A stretch of DNA of 64,000 bases from Thermoplasmata archaeon (GCA_039794005.1 JBAMMA010000006.1:1-64000), one strand, 5' to 3'; numbered from the stretch's first letter, positions 10,261-19,888 are shown. Program-made: numbers and translations. Notes: a model not told the origin generated them from the sequence alone.

Positions 10261-10424
10261 ATGATAAAGGCATTAATTATCTCATTAAATCATCTTTAAT
10301 AAAAAACTTTAGATTCATTTTATCTGCTCCTTAATATTTTGAATAGTAATATACCTAATTCTGATTTATTGCATTCAAAATATGAGAATGAAAAATTAAC
10401 AAACTGCTTATATTTTTTAAAACA

Positions 10425-10499
10425 TGCTCCGGCCGGGATTTGAACCCGGGTCGTCGGCTCGAAAGGCCGGAATGCTTGACCGGACTACACCACCGGAGC
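10425..10499 (-). tRNA. tRNA-Glu (TTC)
   Basis: GCTCCGGTGGTGTAGTCCGGTCAAGCATTCCGGCC-TTTCGA-GCCGACGACCCGGGTTCAAATCCCGGCCGGAGCA folds as a cloverleaf with anticodon loop CTTTCGA. No encoded CCA. Confidence 0.96.
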
Positions 10500-10544
10500 T
10501 AAACCAGAATACTTTTACTTATAAATTAAAATGATAAAAAAACT

Positions 10545-10715
10545 TTACGTTATAGGGAACCAGACCTTTAACAGTTCTACCAATATTATCCCCAATACTG
10601 ATAAATATATTACAAACTTAGGATCCATCCTTGGGCCTTTTGATCTTTCCTCCTCAAAATACCTGACTAAACCTGCAGCTGACTGAAATCCAAGTGATTT
10701 TCTATCATCGGCCAT
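10545..10715 (-). CDS. secG: Preprotein translocase subunit Sec61-beta (56 aa; not in the ORF track)
   Basis: Translated by hand: MADDRKSLGFQSAAGLVRYFEEERSKGPRMDPKFVIYLSVLGIILVELLKVWFPIT. It carries the SAAGLVRYF..E and xDP + TM signature. Confidence 0.92.
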   Translation of the reverse strand: MADDRKSLGFQSAAGLVRYFEEERSKGPRMDPKFVIYLSVLGIILVELLKVWFPIT

Positions 10716-10809
10716 ATATTTTTGAATATTATTATGTATTAATTAAATTTTTCATTGATTTTCTGAATAGATTTATATATTAGATATAAATATTCATACT
10801 TGCATTATT

Positions 10810-11700
10810 ATGGCGGATGTTCTTGAAAACATTGAGGAAAAATACGATTCAAGGAAGAAAGAACTTGAAATACATAAGAGCTCCAGGGAAAGATTCTTCA
10901 AGGAAGCTGAAGAATGGGAAGCAAAGAGGGATGAACTGAATAAACAGACAAAAGAACTCTTTGCAAGGGCAAATGAAATGAAAGAAAAGAGGGATAAAAT
11001 CACTGAGGAGATCAAATCCTTAAAAGCGCAGAAGGATGAACTCCTGAAAGAATTTCTGTCAAAGAAGGAAGAATTGAAGGAAATAAAGGAAAAAGTAATA
11101 AAGATGAAGATGTCCGAGAGGCCATCAATAAAGTCCTTAAAAAAGAAACTCGAAGATTTGGAGATGAAACAGCAGACGCAGAATTTAACGAAGGAAAAAG
11201 AGGATGAATTAGTTGAAGAGATCAGAAGATTGCACGCAATGATAGAAAAATACAAGAAAGAAGAAGAGGAATTTGTAAAAAATGATAAAGAGTATCAAGA
11301 GAAAAGGGCCGAATATCTTAGCATAAAAATTAAGCTGGACGAAATAAACCAGAAGATTAGTCAGCTAATAACAGAAAGGGAACAGATACACCAGCAGGCC
11401 ATGGAGCTATTCGAGCAGGCCTATCAATCAAAGGCAAAGTCGGATGAAGCTCATCAGAATTATATAAATTCACTTCAAAAGGCAAGGGAAGAGGATGAAA
11501 AGGTAAAAGAAATAATTAAAGAATTAAAGGATTATGAAAAGATCATAGTTGCCATTAAACAAACGCAGACCACGCAGAAGAAGCAGGAGAAGGAAATAGA
11601 ACTCAAGAAGGTTGCAGAGGACATTTACCAGAAATTCAAGAGAGGAGAGCCCCTTACAACTGAAGACATATTGATTTTACAAAAGGCCGGATTTTTGTAA
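10810..11700 (+). CDS. Conserved archaeal coiled-coil protein (COG1340-like)
   Basis: Long E/K-rich heptad sequence with KRDELN, QQT..LT.EKE and C-terminal FKRGEPLTTEDILILQKAG. Confidence 0.85.
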   Translation: MADVLENIEEKYDSRKKELEIHKSSRERFFKEAEEWEAKRDELNKQTKELFARANEMKEKRDKITEEIKSLKAQKDELLKEFLSKKEELKEIKEKVIKMKMSERPSIKSLKKKLEDLEMKQQTQNLTKEKEDELVEEIRRLHAMIEKYKKEEEEFVKNDKEYQEKRAEYLSIKIKLDEINQKISQLITEREQIHQQAMELFEQAYQSKAKSDEAHQNYINSLQKAREEDEKVKEIIKELKDYEKIIVAIKQTQTTQKKQEKEIELKKVAEDIYQKFKRGEPLTTEDILILQKAGFL

Positions 11701-11738
11701 ATCAAATAATTTAATTTATTTTATTTCATTATATATTT

Positions 11739-12599
11739 ATGGGTTTTGTTGATTATATTAAATTAGGCAAACTTAAAGAATCGTTATTATTGGTATTTGC
11801 GGGGGCAGCGGGAGGGGCTGTGGTGAACGGAATTTATACCAAATATTTTCAAATTTACATCTATTCATTGATAATGTTGTTTATAGCGGTAATGGGAACA
11901 AATTCTATAACAAACTATATCGATAAGGACATAGATTCAATCATGGAAAGGACAAGGAAAAGGCCGCTCCCCTCCGGAAGAATAAATCCCCCTGAAAAGG
12001 CGATTTACTATGGATCAATATTAATTTTGATTTCCATTGTTGGATTTTTGTTAATAAAAAGGTATTATTCGATTATTTGGTTAATATTCGGTATAACCTT
12101 TGATCCATTTCTTTACAATTATTTAACAAAAAGAAGAACGGTCTACAATATTTTAATAGGAAGTTTTGCTGGGGGAGCTCCAGTAATGGTAATATACTCC
12201 TCAGTTTCAAACAACTTTTTTTCCTTAATCCCTTTTTTGATAATGATTACAATTGTGGTATGGACACCGTTACACATATGGAGTTTGGCCATCAGATATC
12301 ATGATGACTATAAAAAAGCAAATGTTCCCATGCTTCCTGTTAAATATGGTGAAAAATTTACCACGAAGATTATGATAATATTTCTCATGATTTTACTGTT
12401 GGATTCTATCCTATTCTTTTACTTTTATTTTATATCTCTTTTAATCTTCATCATAATAATCGATATTATTATAGCTGTACCAACAACATATTTATATTTT
12501 AAACCAAATAAAAACATTTCATTCCTGATTTTCAAGCTAAGTTCGCCATATCTTGCTTTATTTTTATCATTAATAATTTTAACCTCCATTTTAAAATGA
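11739..12599 (+). CDS. ctaB: Protoheme IX farnesyltransferase (heme O synthase)
   Basis: Motifs NYIDKDIDSIMERTRKRPLPSG, WTPLH and DYKKANVPMLPV. Polytopic membrane protein. Confidence 0.92.
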   Translation: MGFVDYIKLGKLKESLLLVFAGAAGGAVVNGIYTKYFQIYIYSLIMLFIAVMGTNSITNYIDKDIDSIMERTRKRPLPSGRINPPEKAIYYGSILILISIVGFLLIKRYYSIIWLIFGITFDPFLYNYLTKRRTVYNILIGSFAGGAPVMVIYSSVSNNFFSLIPFLIMITIVVWTPLHIWSLAIRYHDDYKKANVPMLPVKYGEKFTTKIMIIFLMILLLDSILFFYFYFISLLIFIIIIDIIIAVPTTYLYFKPNKNISFLIFKLSSPYLALFLSLIILTSILK

Positions 12600-12655
12600 C
12601 AAACTACCTAAAATTTAAATAAATGTAAATTTTATAAATGAGAAAGGTGATTTTA

Positions 12656-13318
12656 ATGTCTTTAATAAGTGAGGAAGATAAGAAATTTCTGAGGAAGGAA
12701 TTCGAGAAAAAGATGAAGGAAGATGTTTATATATATATATTTACAACGGATAAAAATTGCAGGTATTGCAACGAGACAGTTGAAATAAGTAAGGAGACAG
12801 CTTCATTGCACGACGCAATTCACGTTGAAGTTTATGATTTGAATAGCGATAAGGCAAAGGAAATGATGGTAGACAAAGCACCTACAACAATTATAACGGA
12901 TAACAAAGAATATGATGGAAGGATCAGATATATTGGAATTCCAGCAGGCTATGAATTCTCTTCCCTGATCGAAGATATAATTAGCGTATCACAGAGGTAT
13001 GTTAAATTTGATCCCCATGTGAAGGAACATTTGGATGAAATAGATGAGCCAATTGAAATCAAGGTTTTTGTGACACCCACATGCCCATACTGTCCAAGGG
13101 CAGTGAGAACTGCACATAAATTTGCACAATATAATAAATTCATACATGGAAAGATGATCGAGGCCATTGAATTCCCGGACTGGGCAGACCAGTATGGAGT
13201 ATCTGCCGTTCCACACGTGGTTATAAATGACGACGTTGTATTCCAGGGAGCTTTGCCTGAACACGACTTTGTTGAAAGTGTAATGGAGGCATATAACAAG
13301 ATCAAAAACCAGAAATGA
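12656..13318 (+). CDS. Protein disulfide oxidoreductase (two-domain glutaredoxin-like PDO)
   Basis: CRYC and CPYC motifs, GIPAGYEF. AGGTGA RBS before the ATG at 12656. Confidence 0.92.
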   Translation: MSLISEEDKKFLRKEFEKKMKEDVYIYIFTTDKNCRYCNETVEISKETASLHDAIHVEVYDLNSDKAKEMMVDKAPTTIITDNKEYDGRIRYIGIPAGYEFSSLIEDIISVSQRYVKFDPHVKEHLDEIDEPIEIKVFVTPTCPYCPRAVRTAHKFAQYNKFIHGKMIEAIEFPDWADQYGVSAVPHVVINDDVVFQGALPEHDFVESVMEAYNKIKNQK

Positions 13319-13352
13319 CAAAATTTATTTTAATAAATTTTTTATTTAATTT

Positions 13353-15641
13353 ATGTTTGGTTTAGTAAGGAAAAGAAATGGAGATTATGTTTTATATAAT
13401 AGGAGTAAAATAAAAGAGGCAATAAAAAAAGCTTTTGTTGAAACAAATGAGGTTAAAAATGCAGATGAAGTTTCTGAAGATTTGAGCAAAAAGGTAGAGG
13501 AGATTTTAATAAAAAAGTTCGGTAATGATGTTCCTTCTGTGGAAGATATTCAGGACATTGTGGAAGAAGTCCTAATGCAGGAAGGATACGTAAAAACCGC
13601 AAAGGCATATATACTTTACAGGGAAAAGAGAAAGGAAATAAGGGAAATAAAAAACCTTTTTGGAATAAAGGATGATTTAAAGTTAACGGTAAATGCAATT
13701 AAGCTTCTACAGGCAAGGTATCTTCTGAAGAACGAGGAGGGAAAGATAATTGAGACACCCAGGGAAATGTTCTGGAGAGTTGCCAGATATGTTGCATTAC
13801 CTGAAATATTATACCATGAAGAAGTTTATGACATAAACGGAAAGCAAAAGGAAAAAGGCATAGAAATAAAATATACTTCAAAGAAGGCAAATCTATCCAA
13901 GTATGAAATGGATATGTTGTATAGGGCTTACAGATCTTTAAACTCCGAGGGAAAAATGAAAGTATCATTTGACGAATTGATGAAATTTTTGGATGACCAT
14001 TACGATGAGGTAGAAAAACTTGCCAAAAAGTTCTACGAGATAATGGTAAATTTAGAATTTTTGCCAAATTCACCCACCCTGATGAATGCAAATACACCAA
14101 TAGGCCAGTTATCGGCCTGTTTTGTAATACCAATAGATGATTCCATTGAAAGCATATACGATGCTTTAAAATATACAGCAATAATACACAAATCCGGAGG
14201 GGGAACTGGATTCTCTTTCTCCAAGCTAAGGCCTCAGGGAGATATTGTAGGAAGTACGATGGGGGTGGCATCAGGACCGGTTAGCTTTATGCAAATTTTT
14301 GATGTATCAACGGATGTAATAAAACAGGGAGGAAAAAGAAGGGGGGCAAACATTGGAATATTGAATGTGAACCATCCGGACATTATTCAATTCATTAACG
14401 CAAAGGGGTTTGAGGGTAAATTTAAAAATTTTAACCTCAGCGTGGCGATAACAGATTCTTTTATGGATGCACTGTTGGCAAATGAAGATATTGAGCTAAT
14501 AAATCCAAGGAACAAAATGCCTGTCTCGAGGATACCTGCGAGGCAGATATGGAATCTGATAATATCAAACGCATGGAAAACGGGAGATCCTGGAGTTTTG
14601 TTCATTGATGAAATTAATAGAAGAAATCCAACACCCTTGCTTGGCGATATAGAGGCTACAAACCCATGTGGGGAGCAGCCCCTTTTACCATTTGAATCAT
14701 GTAATCTAGGATCTATTAATCTAAGCAAATTTGTAAACGATAAAGGGGAGATTGAATGGGATAGGCTTAAAAAGGTAATAAAGGTTGCAGTACATTTCCT
14801 AGACAATGTTATTGATGCAAATAAATATCCAATACCCCAGATAGAGTACATGACGAAACAGACCAGAAAAATAGGGTTAGGAGTGATGGGTTTTGCTGAA
14901 ATGCTAATAAAAATGAAGGTACCATATGCAAGCAAGAGGGCAATAGAAATAGCAGATGAAGTGATGAGTTTTATTGAAAATGTCAGCCATGAAGAGAGCG
15001 AAAATTTGGCAAAGTACAAGGGGACTTTCAAGGCATGGGAATTTTCAGTATGGTATGAAAAAGGTATTAAAATGAGGAATGCTACAACGACAACGATCGC
15101 TCCCACTGGATCGATATCAATAATAGCCGGCACATCCTCAGGAATAGAACCTCTGTTTGGTCTTGTCTTTGTAAGAAATGTCTTGGAAAATACCGAGATG
15201 ATAGAGATAAATCGTCTTTTTGAAGAGGAGTTAAGGAAAAGGAATTTGTATTCAGATGAAATTCTAAGGGAAATCTCTGAAAAGGGGTCAATACAGAATA
15301 CAAGTTTGCCGGATGATCTAAAGAGGATTTTTCAGGTAGCCCATGACATCGATTTCAGGTGGCACGTATTAATGCAGGCCACCTTTCAGAAGCATACTGA
15401 CAACTCTGTTTCAAAAACCATAAATTTGAGGAATGATGCCACGCTGGAGGAAGTGGAAGAGGCATACATGCTTGCATACAAGTTAAAATGCAAGGGAATA
15501 ACAGTATATAGGGACAGGAGCAAGAGGGAACAGGTCATTTACACGAGGCTAGATGAAAAGGAATTGAAGGAAATATTGAATGAAAGAATAAACAGGGAAA
15601 AGGAGGAAAAGATACAGAAAAGGATATCGGATAATCTATGA
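13353..15641 (+). CDS. nrdJ: Adenosylcobalamin-dependent (class II) ribonucleotide reductase with N-terminal ATP cone
   Basis: ATP cone (VRKRNG...VEDIQDIVE), PNSPTLMNA, LSACF, QGGKRRGAN, ATNPCGEQ, TIAPTG and KGITVYRD. Confidence 0.95.
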   Translation: MFGLVRKRNGDYVLYNRSKIKEAIKKAFVETNEVKNADEVSEDLSKKVEEILIKKFGNDVPSVEDIQDIVEEVLMQEGYVKTAKAYILYREKRKEIREIKNLFGIKDDLKLTVNAIKLLQARYLLKNEEGKIIETPREMFWRVARYVALPEILYHEEVYDINGKQKEKGIEIKYTSKKANLSKYEMDMLYRAYRSLNSEGKMKVSFDELMKFLDDHYDEVEKLAKKFYEIMVNLEFLPNSPTLMNANTPIGQLSACFVIPIDDSIESIYDALKYTAIIHKSGGGTGFSFSKLRPQGDIVGSTMGVASGPVSFMQIFDVSTDVIKQGGKRRGANIGILNVNHPDIIQFINAKGFEGKFKNFNLSVAITDSFMDALLANEDIELINPRNKMPVSRIPARQIWNLIISNAWKTGDPGVLFIDEINRRNPTPLLGDIEATNPCGEQPLLPFESCNLGSINLSKFVNDKGEIEWDRLKKVIKVAVHFLDNVIDANKYPIPQIEYMTKQTRKIGLGVMGFAEMLIKMKVPYASKRAIEIADEVMSFIENVSHEESENLAKYKGTFKAWEFSVWYEKGIKMRNATTTTIAPTGSISIIAGTSSGIEPLFGLVFVRNVLENTEMIEINRLFEEELRKRNLYSDEILREISEKGSIQNTSLPDDLKRIFQVAHDIDFRWHVLMQATFQKHTDNSVSKTINLRNDATLEEVEEAYMLAYKLKCKGITVYRDRSKREQVIYTRLDEKELKEILNERINREKEEKIQKRISDNL

Positions 15642-16451
15642 ATGAGTTGAAATAAATATCAATATATCTAACAACAATGATATATCGATTATGAGTATTG
15701 CGCCCAGGAATATGAAATATGACATATACAAAAGATTATGTGACCTGTGGAAAAGAGTAAATGATGCATTTACGAATGTCAATACTGTGATTGTTGTTAA
15801 TATTATTAGAATTAATATTGGAAGATTATTATACCAAATCTGTTTTAGAAATATTGGTGTTGTAAATATCAACAATGTGAATAATATTATGCCGATTTCA
15901 ATATATACAGAAAGATTTGGCTTTTCAAAATGAAAATAGTGCATGTAAGATATAAAACCTACAGAGAGCATTAAATATAAAACATATATTAAAAAGAAAC
16001 CTTCTGTGAAATTGATGTAAAATATTGATTGCATATGGAATGGCAATATGGATAATAATAAAATAAACCATATTATCATGATCAAAGAAAATAAAATGTT
16101 GTTATAAAATATGATTCTGTAATTCAACTGTTCCGATAAATTCTTGGCATTTTGATTATTATCTATAATATTCGAATAAATATTATCTATTCTATTTGAA
16201 ATTACGTTCACCCTAATACCATTTGAAGTGAGAATTTTCTGGACATTTCCATTTTTTAATAAATTCTTTACATCATTAATCCTTTCTTTTTTCAAAGAAT
16301 AATAATTGTAATATTTGTTGATCGATTTGTTTATTTCAATATATTTTTTCAAATTGGATTTTAAGACATAGTATATTAAATAAATTACAATAAATGAAAT
16401 AATTATATAAGGGAGGAAAGGTATTATTCTGAACAAATCAATTACTATCAT
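15636..16451 (-). CDS. Hypothetical multi-pass membrane protein
   Basis: 271-aa ORF with one N-terminal TM helix, a soluble Asn/Lys-rich segment and about five C-terminal TM helices. No family recognised. Confidence 0.65.
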   Translation of the reverse strand: MIVIDLFRIIPFLPYIIISFIVIYLIYYVLKSNLKKYIEINKSINKYYNYYSLKKERINDVKNLLKNGNVQKILTSNGIRVNVISNRIDNIYSNIIDNNQNAKNLSEQLNYRIIFYNNILFSLIMIIWFILLLSILPFHMQSIFYINFTEGFFLIYVLYLMLSVGFISYMHYFHFEKPNLSVYIEIGIILFTLLIFTTPIFLKQIWYNNLPILILIILTTITVLTFVNASFTLFHRSHNLLYMSYFIFLGAILIIDISLLLDILIFISTHS

Positions 16452-16596
16452 TTCTTAACGTTTTTTAAATATAACAATTTAAATTATAAATTTTTCCAAT
16501 TCGAAATATAATAATTACAAAAAAATTCTAAATTATTTTCCTAACTTGATTTTAAAACAAAAAGATTTAAGATTAAGTATCTTATTATATAATTGA

Positions 16597-16671
16597 AGCG
16601 GGGTGGGGTAGCCTGGAAATCCCGACGGGCTCATAACCCGTAGATCAGTGGTTCAAATCCACTCCCCGCTA
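16597..16671 (+). tRNA. Initiator tRNA-Met (CAT)
   Basis: AGCGGGG...CCCCGCT-A with an A1:U72 pair, three G:C pairs in the anticodon stem (GGG/CCC) and loop CTCATAA. Confidence 0.96.
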
Positions 16672-16672
16672 T

Positions 16673-17632
16673 TCATTCTATTAATTTAAAATCATCATCC
16701 GTGATTAAAATGATTTTTTTATTTCTTATTCCAAACTTACCCTTGATATAAATCGCGGGAACCAATACAAAAACCATGTTTCTTTCCAAGACATCTTCTG
16801 AATTTGGATAACAGTATGGTTTTGTAAATTCACCGAGGGGATATCCAGAAAAATGAGGGAAATTTAAATTGTATCTGCTTAAAAATTCTCTTAAATATAA
16901 ATCTATTTTACTGCATTCCACACCGGGCTTTAAATACTGTTCCAAATTTTCATACATCATTTCATATATTTTCCATACCTTTTCATGCTCTTCATTAAAT
17001 TCTGTGAAAAAGGTTTCTGAATAGCTCAAAAGATAATTATTGTAATATGGAGATGTATCCACAATCATGTTCTCCCCTTTAATGAAAATTTTATCAGAAG
17101 TCTTTCCCAGTGGTATTGATGTCCTTTGGCCCGTTAATACTACCGTGGGATATGAAAAACCTAACATACCCATTTTTTCAATATTATAATCGAATATTGC
17201 CATTATTTCATATTCCCTCATATTTTCAGAAATATTGTTTATTGAATTTTTGAATGATCCCTTCAAAAGTCTCATACCATTTTCTATAGTTGGAATTTCT
17301 TCATCAAGAGGTTTTCTAAATATATGGGATAAATCTATCTTTTCTGTTGGAATAAAATTTATTTCTTCTCCATAAACATATGGAATTCTTCCATTCAAAA
17401 TCTTTTTTAATTCTGCTTCAGGATTAGATGATACAATAAAATTTTCATTTTTAAATAAATATTCATCCTGAGATTCATGGAGTATAAAATAATCTTCATT
17501 ATCTATAATCAAATAGTAAAAATCGGTATACTTCGATACCTTCCTTGAAAATTTGTTTGTTGAAGAAAATATCACAGGTCTTCCATTTGCAAGGTTCCTT
17601 ATTATGTTCCTTCTCATTTGAAAAACATCCAT
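16673..17632 (-). CDS. M24 (Xaa-Pro peptidase) fold protein with degenerate metal ligands
   Basis: Pita-bread pattern SYPTVVLTG...IVD...KPGV...PHFSGYPLG...P.IYIKGKFGIR. Most metal ligands are replaced. Confidence 0.8.
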   Translation of the reverse strand: MDVFQMRRNIIRNLANGRPVIFSSTNKFSRKVSKYTDFYYLIIDNEDYFILHESQDEYLFKNENFIVSSNPEAELKKILNGRIPYVYGEEINFIPTEKIDLSHIFRKPLDEEIPTIENGMRLLKGSFKNSINNISENMREYEIMAIFDYNIEKMGMLGFSYPTVVLTGQRTSIPLGKTSDKIFIKGENMIVDTSPYYNNYLLSYSETFFTEFNEEHEKVWKIYEMMYENLEQYLKPGVECSKIDLYLREFLSRYNLNFPHFSGYPLGEFTKPYCYPNSEDVLERNMVFVLVPAIYIKGKFGIRNKKIILITDDDFKLIE

Positions 17633-17736
17633 AATTAAAAATGGATTCAATATTTAATGGTTATTTTTCACAAAAAGTTTTAATATTCATATAAAGATAG
17701 GACATTTTGCATAAAAAAGTCAGACAGGTGATAAAA

Positions 17737-18795
17737 ATGATATATAATGGATTTAATATTTCGGATAAAAACATTCTCATTGAAAAATCAAAGGATCAGG
17801 TATCAACTTTAATATTAGGCATTGGCGGCATGGGGACGAATGCCGTTACATCATTATTTTCAACCGGAATGAACGAGGCCGATTTTGCCATAATAAATGT
17901 TTACAATGGGCAAAACACCAATATGCCCTATGGTATAAAGAAGGTGATATTAAAAGATCCGAGTGGAAAACCTTTATCAACAAATGGATCGATAGAGAAT
18001 GGTGAAAGCATTGCATTATTAACGGAGCAGGCATGGAAACAGGTAGTTAGTGGATACGATGTAATTATAATAATAGCAGGTTTGGGCGGAGGCACTGGAG
18101 GTGGCATGGGACCGATAATTGCACAATACTCAAAGAAGAAAAGCAAATCTTTGGTTATATCGATCGTAACAATGCCATTTACACTTGAAGGAGAGAGTAA
18201 AAAATTAAATGCAATAAGGGCATTGAAAAAATTTAAGGCCAGTTCAAACACCACAATTGTTTTGGAGAATGACGTAATATTCAACATGTTTAGGAATCTA
18301 CCATTCCAGAGGGCAATAGAAATAATGAATTCTGGTATTATTTACAGCATAATAGAGACTTTGTTGGATATAATTAAGGGAAAATCAACGCATATGAGCA
18401 TTGATTTCGATGTTCTTAAAGAAATTATGAAAAATGGTGGGGAATCCACTGTAATTTATGGAGAGGGCGAGAAAAATAACGTTGATAATATCGTTAGGTC
18501 TATGTTTAATTCAAGATTTTCATCCCTTGATCCCTCTAACTATAAAAACGCCATAATAAACATAAATTCAGATGAGAATTTTACATATGAGGACTTGGAT
18601 AAGATATCAAAATCTATTTTTGATGTTTTGGGTGATAGAATTGACGTTCGATTTAGCATAAAAACGCAGCCAAATTTCAGAGAAAAGATAAAGATAACTG
18701 GAATATTGATAAAAGGTCCGGACGAAGAGATAAATTTAAAAAAAGAGAATGTCTCCGACTATGCCATCACGGATTACTATCCAATTTTCTTTTAA
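17737..18795 (+). CDS. Divergent FtsZ/tubulin-family protein
   Basis: Motifs GIGGMGTN, AGLGGGTGGG, TMPF..EG and VLEND, with an FtsZ-type C-terminal domain. AGGTGA RBS. Confidence 0.85.
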   Translation: MIYNGFNISDKNILIEKSKDQVSTLILGIGGMGTNAVTSLFSTGMNEADFAIINVYNGQNTNMPYGIKKVILKDPSGKPLSTNGSIENGESIALLTEQAWKQVVSGYDVIIIIAGLGGGTGGGMGPIIAQYSKKKSKSLVISIVTMPFTLEGESKKLNAIRALKKFKASSNTTIVLENDVIFNMFRNLPFQRAIEIMNSGIIYSIIETLLDIIKGKSTHMSIDFDVLKEIMKNGGESTVIYGEGEKNNVDNIVRSMFNSRFSSLDPSNYKNAIININSDENFTYEDLDKISKSIFDVLGDRIDVRFSIKTQPNFREKIKITGILIKGPDEEINLKKENVSDYAITDYYPIFF

Positions 18796-19477
18796 TATCT
18801 GACAACATGCCCATCAAAATGTGATATTCCCATTCTGTTATCCCTGCTCTACCAATAATCCTCTTTAACATTCTATAATTATTTTTCTTTTTTATTTCCG
18901 GATAATCTGTTAAATCTATGATTTCTGTTATTTTTTTATATAGAAGGTCCAGTTCATGCTTATTTGCATAATTTATAACCTTTGGTTGAAATGATATTTT
19001 TCTATAGATAATGTATAATATAACTGATGCGGCATGGGTTATGTTCATTACGGGATATTCAGGATTTGCAGGTATTGTTAAAAACATGTCCATTTTCTCG
19101 AGTTCATCGTTCAACAATCCTATATCTTCTCTGCCAAAAAAGATTCCCACCTTTCCATCAAAGTTTTTTATATGTTCTGCAATTTCTTCCGGTGTCTTTG
19201 GTATCCTTAAAAAATTGTTCTCGGTTTTTGTTGAAATTGCACTTGTCCCAACAGTTAATTTAAATTCATTTAAAATTTCATCTATAGAATTAACAATTCT
19301 TGCATTATCCAAGATATCTGAACCGTGCATGGCATACCTATAAGATTCATCATCAATATTGCATTGAGGATTAACGAGAAACAATTCTTTGAAGTTGAAA
19401 TTTTTCATCACCCTTGCCAGTGAACCAATATTTCCGGAATATTTCGGAGATACAAATATAATTGAAATTTCAACCAT
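18767..19477 (-). CDS. trmJ: TrmJ/LasT-type SPOUT RNA methyltransferase
   Basis: Motifs PKYSGNIGSLARVMKNF, FGREDIGL, IPANPEYPVMNITHA. Confidence 0.9.
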   Translation of the reverse strand: MVEISIIFVSPKYSGNIGSLARVMKNFNFKELFLVNPQCNIDDESYRYAMHGSDILDNARIVNSIDEILNEFKLTVGTSAISTKTENNFLRIPKTPEEIAEHIKNFDGKVGIFFGREDIGLLNDELEKMDMFLTIPANPEYPVMNITHAASVILYIIYRKISFQPKVINYANKHELDLLYKKITEIIDLTDYPEIKKKNNYRMLKRIIGRAGITEWEYHILMGMLSDIKRKLDSNP

Positions 19478-19888
19478 TAACTTTCATGAATTTTAATGGA
19501 ATAATAAATTTTGTTCAAATGATAAATTGATGTTTTTAAAATAAATCCATGTGGTATTTTTTAATGAAAAATTTAAACTAGAGTTATGCGTTAATTTTAT
19601 CCTTTATAATAAATAATATCAAAAATATGTACAATTGAGACTTTTGCATCATTTTTAAATAATAAACTGTTTAATCGAATCTTTTTTATGATAAATTAAG
19701 TCTTCTATTAACTTTATATTTTTATTTTATGATATAAATTAAATTAATGTAAAACTTGAGATATTAATTTACTTTTCCAATTTCATATTTTTAAATATTA
19801 AAAATATGCCTGATTCAGAGATATTTAATGAAAATGATATTTTCCGAATAACTTAAATTGTGTGATTACCTGACAATTTTATATATAT

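Noticed and set aside
13780-14030. Possible intein in the ribonucleotide reductase
   Set aside because: The ~75-aa insert has no Cys/Ser start, His-Asn end or LAGLIDADG motif. It looks like an ordinary helical insertion.
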